A DNA stretch of 64,000 bases from Camelus dromedarius (Eukaryota): NCBI RefSeq assembly GCF_036321535.1, contig NC_087450.1:61752001-61816000 (forward strand). Reading direction: 5' to 3'. This document shows, one piece after another, positions 1 through 12,900 of the stretch (its first letter is position 1; each line of letters begins with the position of its first letter). A model generated the notes under the pieces. The model saw nothing but the letters and a program-made list of their open reading frames with translations, had not been told where the DNA came from and made no database searches. The position numbers and the translations under genes were made by a program.

Positions 1-1799
1 CATAAAAGGTATTTTTACATCACTTGAGATAACAAATTTATCCCATTAAACTGATCTTTTGAGCTCATGTGGTCTTAGGAAATGATGTATATTTTTACTA
101 CATTAAAGAAAATTAAATCAAGTCCACCAGCATCTGCAGAGCGCCTGCCCTGTGTGAAAGACACGATAATGGAAAAGGCTTCCTCCCTGAGGTGCTGAGA
201 AGGTTAAGACAAGAAAAGATTTTTTTTAAGGTTTTTTTTTTTAATGATAAAACCATAGCTAACTTACACCAGGTACTCAGAACTGTACGAATTCACTGAA
301 GGAAAATACAGTTTGTACCCAAGGATGACGAGAAGGAAGAAGAGCTTCAGGAGAGCAGGAAGGCGTAGGAATGGATGAGCAGGGGAAGCTTCTGGAAGGA
401 AAAGCAAGAATCGGCCAGGATGTGTCAGGAGACCAAGGAGACTCAGTGACGGCTCCCTGACGCCCCAGATGCTCACTCTGTGCTTTGCACCTGCACCGCT
501 GCGTGTGCTTCTAGCAAGGCCCTTCCCGGGTGTGCAGCGCGGGCGTTTTTTCTCAGGTTCTTTCCCCCAAGGCCTTCCTCCACGCACGGATTCCGGCATC
601 GAAACTGGTACTCAGTGGGCTCTCAAAAACTATCTAATGGAACAGTAAAAGAATAAATGAGCTGCTATGTTTTAAAAGAGAGTTTTCATATTGAAACCAG
701 CTTTGGAAGGATTTGCCTGGCTGTTCGCAGACCTAGGACAAAAGGAAGACCCAGAAATGGGAACACAAGCTAGAAAGCTCACATAGATGTGGGCTGAGCC
801 TCGGGCGAGGCTGCGGCTAGGAGGCTGGAGGAGGAGCTGCTGCAGAGGGAGCCTGTGCTCGGGACTGAGCGCAGGGAGATGGCAGGGTGGGCGCAGGGGC
901 GGGAGGCAGCCTGGTAGGCCACCTGCTGTCGGCCGGCTGCGGGACTGTGTCTTCGCTGCATGACGGGGGTGGGGGGGTGGGGGTTTGCAGCTTCGCCCTG
1001 AAGCAACACGGCTGTTTTCTCACCGCTTCAAAAGGTCAGAGGTCTGGGGGACAGAGCTGAGCTCTCCGCGGGGCCTACCAGGCGGGGACCATTTTACAAG
1101 AAAAAGGAAGCACCGTCTATGTTTGCCTGCGAAGGCGGGAGGCAGAGAGGGCCACCCACCAGGGGGCCTGAGGAGTGGTCCTGAGACAGGCGTCGTCCCC
1201 CTCCCCGGCCTCGTCCTCACTCCAGCCCTGCGGCCTCCACCCCCACGCAGCCAGCGCCAGCGACACACCTTTGATCGTGCGGCTCCTCCGTGGTGCCGGG
1301 AAAGCGTCAGCATCCTTGCAGACGGCCGCCGCTCGGGCCCCCTTCCCGGCTCAGCCCCAGCCTCCCCTCAGAGGGCAGCCTCCTGTGCCCCACGTCCCGC
1401 TGCCCCCACCGCCTCCCACCTGCACCACGGCCCCCACCACCTGCTGCTGCCGTGACCTCTGCCACGTCTGGTCTCCAGGCGGCCCCGGGGACCAGCCTCC
1501 AAACCTGAGCTGCACCACACACTCCCAGGCTCGCCAGCTTCCCGCCTGCAGCCGCGCAGGCCTTTCTGCTCCCAGCCTGAGGACCCAGCGCTCGCTGATG
1601 CCCCCCGATCTCCACCAGGACCGCAGGCCCCCCTCCCTCGGGTCTGTGCTCACAAGGCAGCTTCTTGACGGGGTCTAACCAGACGCCCCCTTTGACAACT
1701 GCCACAATCCCCGCACCCGGCTCCACTTTCCACTCACGACCCTAGAAAGCACACTTACTCAGGGTATGTATATCCACTGTGTACGGTCCTCTCCTTCCC

Positions 1800-1965
1800 G
1801 TCCCCTTTCTCCGGAAAACACAGATTTGGGGAAGGCGGGAGGGAGCTGTCTCTGCTTCCCCGGTGAATCCCAGGTGCCCTGGACTGCATCAGGCCTGCAG
1901 CCGGCACACAGTAAATGTTTGCTGAGTAAGTCAGGAAAAGTGCTTTGCATGAATGAACCCGTTTG
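1800..1965 (+). mobile_element. L2 LINE 3' fragment
   Basis: Ends in the L2 3' motif ...cacagtaaatgtttgctgagtaagtcagg...tgcatgaatgaa. Confidence 0.5.
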
Positions 1966-4749
1966 AGTCTCACAGGAGCCTAGTGAATTAGGTGCTGGCA
2001 GAGCGCACATTTCACAGTGCAAGTAACAGACACACCAACCTAGACACGTTTAGTGTGTCCCCACCAGGAGCACACGGCTACGGAGAGACGACGCAGGAAT
2101 TCGGAACCGAGCCCTGGGCCCCAGCGCTCAGAAGGACTTCCGCACGGTCAGGCTCTCTGAGGCCTTGTCAACGGCGCAGAAGTTCACAGCAGGCCGGGAT
2201 GCAGGCGCCCCCTGACTCCCTCCTTTCTAACTTCAGTGATGCACACATAGCAAAGCATCAGGCTCTTGGTACCAGTCAGCACTCACTGAACCACGCCAGT
2301 GAACTAGCACGTGGGACGGACACAGAAGCTGGCCGTGGAGCGGTGCCAGCCAGCCGCCGCCCTGCCCTGTGAGACAGCCAGCCATGCGCCTCCTTCACGC
2401 GTTAGCAGGTTCACAGCCAACCAGACAACCAGCCAGACGCAGAGGGACTGAGATCACAGCAGCACAGGATACCTGGTTATGGCTTTAAAAAAAAAATAAG
2501 AGAACTATCGAGATGGACCTAATAAATGAGCCAAAACACATAGCACCATGCTGTTGAATGGAACATAAACAAGCAAAAAAGACAATTCTCCTCTTTCTGA
2601 ATTACCCTGGCTGTGTCCTGTGTAAACCATTTTACAAGAAAAAGGAAGCACCGTCTATGTTTGAAGTGCTCACAGCAATTTAATTGGAAGACGGTGAGGC
2701 ACCGGGGTCAACATCCTTCCGCGGATCCCACAGCACAGATAGGAAACATGAAACACGCTCAAGCTGGAGGCACTTTCCAGAGCTCCCTGGGAACATGCAC
2801 GTTGTTCCTGTTAAAAAGAGGAAGTTTTATTATTATCTGAATAAAGTTAATTTATGGAAAACAGATGAAGTATCCGGTGTGGGTTTGTAAAGCTCGTATT
2901 TAATCAGGGCATTGTAAGTTCAGGTGTGTGCAACTCAAGCCATTGCAAAGACATCGTTCACTTTCCCGCAGATGATAGGACGGCCAATTGTTACACACAA
3001 ACATTAAGCCATCCTTTAACAAGGAATTGTGAAACATTAATATTTACTAATTTCAACATTTCATCTCTTTAAAGCGAGAAAAGGGGGGTTGCATAAACTC
3101 CCAAACGCAGTGGATCATGAACCTGCTTCCAGCAATAAAAGCATTCTGAGCTCACCAGCGAGAGCATGCGGCTAGAAATCGCTCTCTCAAGCTCTTTTGC
3201 CAATGAGACAAAACAGCTCCTGCCTGACGCACAGGGCTGGTGATCTTCAGAGACCCTGGGTGACCCTTCTTCTCATCCAGCAAAGCCAGCTGGAATCCAG
3301 CAGTGATCCTGGAGCCACACCCCAGGCTCCCTGAAAGTTCTCAGCACTCTGACTTCTGGACCCCACGTTCCCAGCTTTCTCAAGCATCGGGGTACCTTCG
3401 AAGCATCAAAAATTGTCACACGCTCCACATAATAATGCCTACATTACCAGCATCTATTGATTGAGAAAATAAATGATGGCAAATAGTTGTTAAGAATCAA
3501 GTACTAAATTTGCATGGTTTTATGGTTTTTAATCACAATGATAACCATGTACATTAAAAAAAAAATAGAAAGGCAGCATTGCAAGACTGTGTTCCTCCTA
3601 TAGGCAGCATCTACTGCACAAGCAGATCCCTCAGATTCCCACAGGAGCTCACTGCTCGCCGGCACCCCACCCAGAGGAACCCCAAGTCTGTGGGGGGACT
3701 TGCATCGCAGGAAGGAAATTGGAGACTGGAGAACCTTGGGACGTCAGGAGACCTTTCTTCCCTCACATCTGTCGGCATTTTCTAGCAGCATCTCCACAGT
3801 ATGAACAGGGCTAAATGTCTCCTGTATCTGGGAAGCAAACTGCAGACACATCTACACCAGCAGAATTTCCTTGTCCCCTTTGTGGACACGCCTGAGCCAA
3901 AAGGAAGGATTAACAGTGAGAGGTCTGGCCGTGTTGGAAGGCTCACAGGAGACCTTCAGTCACCGCGGGCACTAGCTTCTCCCACACAGAGAAGAGCGGT
4001 CTCCCATCGGTGTTCTTCCCCTCAAGCCCACTACTTGTAGGAAAGGGGACAAGTGAGGCACAGGGGCCACTGAGGCCTTATTTCCTCACGACCTCACGAA
4101 AGGGCAAGGGAGCTGTTGGCGATCAGTAGCAGGCCTTTCTTAGGTTAAAAAAAAAAAAGACTCTTAGAAATAAAGTGTAGGGGGAAAAATATTTTAAACA
4201 TTTAATTCTATAGTCAAATGTAAAAAAACAAGCTATTTTCCAGGGATTCCCTTAACTGCATTTCCTCATGAGAGGCAACTCTGAGTAGTGACCACCGTGA
4301 CGGTCATTATGGATCTAAAACCACAGATGTGAACCCAGTGTCTTCATCAGTCACCACCCAGAGCTATTCCTGAGCTTAGGGCATACATGCCAGTATCAAA
4401 AAAGAGGAGGGAAAAACGGAAAACCTATTGCAGGCTTCCTAAGGCAGCTTCACTCGAAAGACCGTAACTACAATAATTCGATGTTGATTTGTGGGCAGAA
4501 AAACTGTAGATCTTGGCTATGTGATTTGTTGCCGTGAAACTAAAGACAGCGTAAGCGTATCAAATAGAAACAGGTAACATACGATTCCACAAAATTTGTC
4601 TAGTAAACTTTTACACTATCCATACCTTTCCTTTTCTTTGCCTCTCCATTACTTTCCCTCAAGTCAGCTGTTTTTAGAACAAAAGACACACAAAACCATT
4701 GTTTACAGTGTTCTGAAACACAGTGGGAAGAAAGGGTTTGCATGTGTAA

Positions 4750-4830
4750 GTGTGTGTGTGAGAGAGAGAGGGGGAAAGAGAGAGAGGAGGGGGAGAGAAG
4801 AAGGGAGGAAGGGAGGGAACGAGGGAGAGC
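4750..4830. repeat. (TG)n/(GA)n purine-rich low-complexity tract
   Basis: gtgtgtgtgtgagagagagagggggaaagagagagaggagggg... seen directly. Confidence 0.9.
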
Positions 4831-6104
4831 TTCCGAGTGGAGAAAATCAAAATCAAGACAGCGTCCTTCCCGAAGCTCTTTCTAAACCTTCTTGGCTGCG
4901 CTCACAGCAGTTCTGAGCTGTCTCCAGACAAGGGGGCAATTAGGCTAACGCCATCATTCTGTTGTCCCTTTTGTTCCTGAAGCCTGTTCTTTAACACGTG
5001 TCTAAATAATTTAATTTATGGATGGGATGCTGAGCAGGTTCAGTGAAATGGGGGCAGGAATCCTATGAATCTTAATGCCTGTCACTTTCCTGTAAGTCCT
5101 TCCACGTTAATAAGAGGGATTTGCCGGTCCCTTTTTAAAAGATCCACAGAAGTCAGTAGCCTACAGCCACTGATGATGATAGCTGGATTCGTTTGCATTA
5201 AATGCGTCCACAAATGATGTGCAAAAGAGCTATTATTCCTGAGTATCTGCAAGACAATTCTGAATAGCGTTAACTCAGCTAAAATAAAGAGGAACAGACA
5301 TTTTAATTTACATCGTAATTTCACAGTGAATAAAGTTGAACCAGCTAGAAGCAATGAAAAGACCCAAAAACTCCCATAATGGTTAAACGTGGTTTTCATC
5401 ATTAGAATTTCTTCTTTAAGAGAACTGACGTTTTATAAGGCCAGCGTCCTCATCCATGCCGTAGGAAAAGCACTGGAAATAGAACATGATTTTTATTTCT
5501 AGTAAAATGTATTGAACACTTATGTGAGCAAGTCATTGTGCCAGCCAGGGTAGGGGTGGGGATGGGGGCTGTGGGAAGGTTTCAACAAGGAAGGAGCTGA
5601 GAGGAGTCCAGTAAAGAGGGGAAGTTGTAAATGATAGAAAAGTGAAGTTTAAATTCAGCCACACATTAAATGTGTGGAATATCTGCCTGCTGTCAGCAAA
5701 TACATATACAGTAAAATCTCAGTCAGTGCATTTACAGAATGCTTTCTAATTATATAAAGATGGATCTTAAAATGCTCAGCTCACACTAATGAAGGAAAGA
5801 TATGCATTGATCAGCTTTCCTGACCAAATCTAATTAACAAATTCATTTATATGTAATCATTGAAGACCACTGTCTTAAACAGCAAATGTTTTTATTTCCG
5901 AATATAGAAAGTGTTTGAGATTGGCTATGTCTAGGACGGAACCTATAAGGAGTGTGTTGGAAAAAAATCCATTTTGTCAATTGATTATGTGAGGATTTGT
6001 TGCTCTGATTTTTAAGTGTTGTGTTTTTTAAGGGAAAAAGAACTGAAATGGAAGAAAGAAAACGAAACAAGAAAAGAAGTAAAAGAAAAAATCAAAAGCT
6101 GAAT

Positions 6105-8600
6105 TAAGGATTCTAGGAAGATGGCAGTGGGAGAATAGTTCTGAATCTCCCCCAAAGCACCACGTAAAAGCAGACAAGGGCCAGGACAATATACTGAAAA
6201 TCCACAGAGAGCATTTACACTAAAATTAGGTGACAAGGCACTCCTGGGAAACCCTAACTAGCAGCAGAGGCGGGTGGGGGGAGTCACCGTGGTTACCTGA
6301 GCTGAGTGGTCAGAGCTGCAGCAGAAAGCAGAGGAAGGCAAGCGGGCGGGGCACGCACGCTGCGCCAAGTGCCGGCGGGTGCGCACAGGAGATCAGCAGA
6401 ACAGACGGGGTGGCGGGAGGGACCCGCGCTGGGCTTGCAGACTCAGTCCATGGGACAAGACCCTCCTCTGTGAAGACGCTGGTGGGTGGGAGTAGAGTCC
6501 AAACTGAACAGGACAACACAAAGGGAAGAGGCAGCAGATTAAAAGGAGACTGAAATCAGAGGAGGCAGATCTCAGAATGTTTGTCATCGTATTTTTTTTT
6601 ATTTCTGAAAGTTGTAGTAAAATATACATAAAATTTACCATTTTCACCCCTTTTAAGCATGCAGTTCAGTGGTATTAGGTACATTCACCTTGTTGTACAA
6701 CCATCACTATCATCCATCCACAGAACATTTTTCATCCTGCAAAACTAAACTCTGGACCCATTAAACAATAACTCCCTATTCCCGTCTCCTCTCAGCCCCT
6801 GGCAACCACCTTTCTACTTTCTGTCTCTATGAATTGGGCTACTTTAAACACCTCACAAGAATGGAATCATACAATGTTTGTCCCTTTGTGACTGCCTGTT
6901 TTACTGAGCATAACATCCTCCAGGTTTGTCTGTGTTGGGGCATGTGTCAGATTTCCTTCTTTTTTAAGGCTGAATAATATTCCTTTTATGTATATAACAC
7001 ATTTTCGTTTACTCATTCAACTGAACCATATGATCCAGCAATTCCATTTCTGGAGTTGTCACCAAAAGAATTGAAAACAAGGCCTCAGAAAACACCCTAA
7101 GAACACCCTTGTTCATAGCAGCATTGTTCACAGGATCCAAAGGTGGAAGAAACCCAACTGGTCACCATATTTTTTATCACTTTATTAAAACAGAAAAAGA
7201 GGGAACTCCAGCACTGTGAATCTAGACAAGGCATCTTCAATGACACCTCCTTCCTAAAAGGACTGGAAAACTCATTTCCAATGATTATATAAAAATATCC
7301 CAAAAAGTAGGAAAAAAATCACTACAATGAAAACACACCATAAAGACATGCCCACAAAACCAAGGAAAATACTAACCTAACATTTCTAAGTGAACTAAAT
7401 GAGTTTTTTTTAATAGAAACCGTGAAAATGACATAACAAATATTTAGCAAAAAGCAAAAATGAGATGGTTAGAGAAACAGAAGATTTGAAAAGAAAGTAA
7501 AAGTACTAAGGAAAGAATTAAAAATAAATGAGTCTTTTTTTCCAAAAATGAAGGGCAAAGTAGAAGTTGCACAAGAATAAATAAACACAATTGATATGCA
7601 TTAAAATTTAGAAGATGAGAGAAAAAATTATGGTCTTAAGACGTTAAAGAAGGTACAACATGCTTATAGGAGTCAATGAAGAAGAAACTGAAGCAATGGG
7701 ACAGAAGAAATACAGTGAAGTTTTTCTGAAGTCTTGTATTTTTTAAGAGAAAAACACATACGGAAAGGGAATTCCCATGTGCCCAGAAAAAAGGGGATGT
7801 CACTAAGAGCTATTCCAGTAAATCTACTGCACGTTAATGAAAAAGAAATCCTCAGGGCACCAAAGCAAAGGACCAAGTAATTTATAAAGAGGAAAACAAA
7901 AGTGGTAATCAGACTTTTCAGCAGAAACACTGAATGACAGAAGGCAGTGGAGTAAGACAGTTATCATACTCAAGGAAACAAAATAGGAGTCAAACAGTCT
8001 TTATATATAAAGGAGATAAACTATCATTACAACATACAGAAACTCAGAAAATAATACTGCCATGAACTCCTTGTGTGTAATCTACTGGAGAATGAGCTTC
8101 CAACAGCCGGGGAAAAGGACTTATGACGGCATGAGGACTGGGAGTCAGTGGTGACCGCGTAGTGACTTGCAGCACAAAGATTACGTGACGATCACGCGTG
8201 GCATGGTGCAGTATGGGAAAGACAGATGCAGGGCAACCATCAAAAACTGGAAGAGTGAGAATATATAAAAAGCAACTGCTCACAGGAGGTGTTACAGAAA
8301 TTAATGGGGTGGCAGAGACAGGTGTTAAATTAGATATTTAGGAAGGAAAGAGATGTTAGCGGATGTTAGATGGCAGAAAAGAGGACAGAGAGAGAAGAAA
8401 TTAATAGATAATTTTATTATTGTTCACAGTAGGAAATAGATAGAAAATAGACAAATAAAGGGACCTGGAGTTTTATTATAAAGATAACCATTTTCTAAAA
8501 CCACAAGCCTATCTCAATGGCAAATGGGCAGGAGAAGAAAGGGAGAGAAAAAGCCACCAGATGAACATACAGTTATATGAATAAAAGCATACTCTGTACA
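6105..8600 (+). mobile_element. Ancient HAL1/L1-like element (5' region plus degraded ORF1-like body), interrupted by an L1 at 6590-7170
   Basis: Starts ggattctaggaagatggc (LINE 5' start motif); long A-rich degraded coiled-coil-type sequence 7400-8100 with no open frame. Confidence 0.55.
6583..7174 (-). mobile_element. L1 (L1MB/L1MA-like) 3' end with internal inversion and candidate target-site duplication (TSD)
   Basis: Poly-T at 6592; antisense L1 3'UTR 6600-7020; sense piece catatgatccagcaattcc...aaacccaactg 7021-7165; flanks gtcatcgtattttt / gtcaccatattttt. Confidence 0.8.
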
Positions 8601-10404
8601 CATTCAACATAAAACCACGAGAGGACTAAAACAAACATAGCAAGCATATGCATATGTGTGAGTGGGTCTAATTCATTTCCTGAAAATGTAACGGAAAAGT
8701 TGTTGTGTCAGATCACAAAAGGCTAATTTTGGTGGCACTTTGGGGCCAAAAATCATCTCTAATATCCTTTTTAGTTAAACAAAATGATGATTTTTTTTTA
8801 AATCCAACAGATAATATTAAAAACCATATATCACACAATGGTGTTATAGTTGAATTATTGTTATAGAAAGAAGTTCATGGATACAGGCGTTTTTCTTTAA
8901 ATATCAGATTAAGAGAGTGCATACAAAACATCCTGCTCCGCCGGCCCTGGGCTCCTCCATATCTGGGCCCAGGCGCTGATTTGCCTTTCCCTTTAGCCTC
9001 TTTTCCGACTTGAGCTGACTTTCTGCTGAGCTCTGGGACCTTCTAACTGTGAATATCTCTCAGCCACTAAGGCTTTTGCCATCATGTCACCCACCCCTTC
9101 TGTCTGATCCCTCCCAAGGTCCAGATGGATAAGCCCAGATTTCATTAAAAATCCACAACCCTCTGGACTATTGACTCTCTGAGGTGACATCTGGCTTGTA
9201 AGGAAAGTGTGTCTGTGTGTGAGTCTTATCTGTGAGTATTATGCACATATAGTGCATCCTTTAGGGATAAACCTTTCTCTAATACTATGACGATACTAGC
9301 CCTAGAATATGAGAGACATTTCTATATTCCTTATGGCTAAAGTCACCATAATGTTTGAATAAGAAGATATTTTTATTACAGTTAGAATTTATAAGATTAT
9401 GGTAGAAAACTATATTAAGAAATTTCTATAACCTTTACTGGTTAGAAATTTAGTCAAAATTAAGAGAGTATAAGTCAAGAATATCTCCTTCTTACTTACG
9501 CCTTTGCCCCAAAATTTGATTCTTAATAAGACTCAATTACTTTCAAAAGATATACTTTTATGCCATTATGAATCACTTAGTAATACAGATGTTTAATTAT
9601 ATAATTAGATTTTTAACTCAAGTGCCACTGAAGATTAACTTAATTGCAAAATAAAATTATACAAAGAAAAAATCAATTTTCTAAGGGTTAACTTGGGCTT
9701 ATAAAAGACATTTTTCACACAATGTGGAGAAAGATATTGAGCATTTCAAATAGAATTAAATACAAAATAGAAAAATTGCTTTAAAATACATACACAGATT
9801 AAATTTATAGATGATTTAGTTTGTTTAATATGAAACACTAATTAAGTGGAATTATATTACTGTCTAGAATAGGCCATTTAAAAAGAAGAACATAACGTTG
9901 TAAAATATTAATGTAAGCTAAACCAAAAAGGGGCGAAACTCAAATGGGTGAAATAGTGGTAACTACATGCAGCATCCTGGCGTGACCCCTACAGTGAGAC
10001 TTTGCGTGAAGATTGAACTCCTGTACCTTCATCTGGCAACCTCAATACAAACCCAAATCTAAGTTTACATCAAAGTTATATTCAAACCTAGACGGTGCAA
10101 AATTAATTACAGTCTCCAAGGTAAACATTCTTTCCAGAACTTCACACTTCCTTATCTTCATGTGGACATTCTTCTTAATGTGCTAAGAAATAGACGAAAT
10201 CAATATGAGAATTCAGGAACACATCTGTAACTTGGAAATTACAAGCTCTACATCCCAAAAACCAAAAGCAACGAAAACTAAAAACTAGAGAAGCACAAAA
10301 TTTGGTAAAATGGTCATTTACTCAGCAAGTATATGTTTTTCTCTTTATTTCAGCTATAAACCAACGGGAATTATTATTAGAATTACTGCCATTTGTGCTG
10401 TTTA

Positions 10405-10580
10405 TTAATACATGCATGTGTGTACACACATGCGTACATAAGAAGTACATTTGTATAAAGAGAGATACATAAACAGTTATGTATATTAGAATAAATTATA
10501 TATAGATGTATATACTTATAAAGGAATGAATATATATACATATATGTACAAATTCATATATGTATACACACATGCACATA
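10405..10580. repeat. (TA/CA)-rich low-complexity repeat
   Basis: catgcatgtgtgtacacacatgcgtacata...tatatatacatatatgtac. Confidence 0.75.
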
Positions 10581-11419
10581 TAAAAATAACCTTAAAGAAA
10601 AGTGTGTGAGCTTCTATAAAACTTCATAAGCTAATAAGTAGATTTAAAATTAGATATAAAGATTGAAAGCTATGACATGTTTTTCAATAAAATTGGCTTA
10701 TGTAAAATCATGTTCATTTTTCCAAATTAAATGATATATATTATTGATGAGGTTCCCACCAAAATTTTTTCACGTCTTCTGTTTCAGAGGGGATTAAAAT
10801 AATAATTCTAAAATACAGAGAGAAATGAAAAGTGGAAGAGTTTTAAATGTTGTAAATGAATTGTAGCTATGACCTTTTTGCTTCACCCCATATGACACTA
10901 AATTCAACAACAAATAAATTGTTTATCTCACGTCTATCACATGTTAGACATCTTTGCTATATGGTTACTAATTCTAACGTGGCTACACGCACACGCATGC
11001 ACGCATGAACACATAATGAATACGTGGGTCGCTCAGTTGTTCAGAACAAGGATCAGCATAACCAACAGCCTCTGGACAGCATCACTCATACGCCCAGCAA
11101 ACCAGAGGAGAGAGACATTTCTTAGTTTCAAATCCACTGAAAATGGTAAAAGGTAAACACTGGTGTCTGCACAAAAAGACAAAGTAACAGCGAAACTCTG
11201 GCAGGAACCGAAGTCAAATATAAGGAAGATTTATGTATGTGACGCGTTTCTGGAGAGCTCGTTCACGTTCACAAGGAAAGTATTTTTTTAAAAACCCAAC
11301 AGATAAAATAGCCACGGGGAGAGGAGAGTTGAGGCCATAAGAAAATTCAGCGGAGACACCAGCACAACTGCAAGTCCCACACCTAAAGTCTCCAGTTCAC
11401 CCTGATGACCTAGCAACAG

Positions 11420-11660
11420 CAGAGGCGCGCGCGCGCCCGCCCGCCTTGCACCCCGCGCGCCCGCCCGGCCCTCCCGCGCTGGCGGAGGCCGGGACCCGGC
11501 GGCCCTTCCGTCGGCCTTGCCGCCTGCACCGGCTTAGCGTCGGTCGGTAGGAAGTCAGCTGCTTACGCTCTCGGCCTCTGTGCGGCTGCGTTCTTTATCC
11601 TCGTTAGGTAATTGGTAAAAGGAGCACCCAAACCGGAGAGCTAGGCTCGCGCGGAGGCAT
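11420..11660. promoter_or_regulatory. Small CpG island, possible alternative promoter or enhancer
   Basis: Dense CpG (gcgcgcgcgcgcccgcccgcc..., cggcccttccgtcgg) inside AT-rich flanks; ETS-like ggaagt/cttccg motifs. Confidence 0.65.
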
Positions 11661-12150
11661 CTATGTGAAGGACTTGCTGAGTGCTGTGCAAAGCCTCAAC
11701 TTGAAAAGCAAGTGAAAGAACAAATCGCTGTGAAGTGGGAGGTGCAAAGGAAAACCTGAGATTTCTCCCCAGAGCCCTGTGATCTCATTCCACGGTGAAG
11801 CAAAGCCACTGGACTTTGCTGGCAATGGATACGAGTGTAGTAAAAGGGAGAAAATGAACAAAATGGTCAGTTGTCCGAGCCACACCCAGAAAGCCAGCTC
11901 TGGCTGTGCACCGGGACTGACTAGTGGTCTGTTTTAATACGATTTAAAATGGAGTGAGATGTTCAGTAGATTTATTGGGTATCTTTCTCATGAATTCCCA
12001 TGAGTCATGACTTTCTTAAATCATCCATTTTTTGGTTTTAATAGCAGTGGTGATATTTTCTGTTTTTTGTTTCCTATGCTGTGGTTTTTTAAAAGTTGAG
12101 TTTATGCCACGTGCTGGGCCCTGTTAGGCAGGCTCCGTAAGGGCACACTA

Positions 12151-12551
12151 ATGTGCTAGGCCGCTGGAGCAAAGCCCCACCCCTGGGGCTTCAACAGCAG
12201 AAGTCTGTCCTCTCCCCGTTCTGGAGGCTGGACAGCCAAGATGCAGGTGTCTCGGGTTTGCTTCTTTCTGAGGGCTCTGGGGAGCATCTTTCGGGCCCCT
12301 CTCGTTGGCTCATAGTCGGTGGTCTTCCCCCTGTGTCCTCGCACCACTTCCCCTCTGTGCCTGTCTGCCTCTGCTTCCAAATTTCCTCTGTTTATAAGGG
12401 AACCAGTCATCGGATTCAGATCCCACCCCAGTGATCCCCGTTTCATCTTGATCACTTCTTTTAAGGCCCTATCTCCAAATAACGTCACATTTTGAGGTCC
12501 TGGGGGTTAGGACTTTGACCTTTCCTCGAGGACACAATTCAACCCATAATA
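12151..12551 (-). mobile_element. MaLR solo LTR (MLT1B/C-like)
   Basis: ttctggaggctgg..ccaagat, ttataagggaaccagtcatcggatt, end gacacaattcaacccataat match the MLT1 consensus in antisense. Confidence 0.85.
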
Positions 12552-12659
12552 AATGTCTTTTAATTCACAGATCCATCTTGAGGAACAAGCATTATTATCC
12601 ACCAAATGAAGGAACTGATTGAAGTATCAGAGCGTTTCACGCACAGCAGGTGGAGAAGC

Positions 12660-12900
12660 AAATTCCAGGGGTAAATTGGGAACTCGAGATTTGCAGACAC
12701 AGCCACTGGACATCAAGCAGATAAACAAGCTCCTCCTGTACAGCACAGGGAACTACAGTCAGTGTCTCGTAGTGACCTACCGTGACAAGGAGTATGAAAA
12801 GGAACGTGTGCGTGTCCATGTGTGACTGGAGCACTGTGCTGTACACCAGAAATTGACACAACACTGAAAACTGACTAGACTTCAATTAAAAGTAAATATA
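12660..12900 (+). mobile_element. Cetartiodactyl-type L1 3' end (5'-truncated)
   Basis: ataaacaag..ctcctgtacagcacagggaactac...gctgtacaccagaaattgacacaacactg...cttcaattaaaa. Confidence 0.85.

Noticed and set aside
5171-5265. Box C (ATGATGA) and CTGA motifs suggesting a C/D snoRNA
   Set aside because: No terminal stem and no recognisable antisense guide; short motifs are expected by chance
11608-11715. Frame reading VIGKRSTQTGELGSRGGIYVKDLL..., with a PDZ-like GGIYVK
   Set aside because: Only a 6-residue resemblance; the rest does not fit a PDZ fold and the frame soon stops
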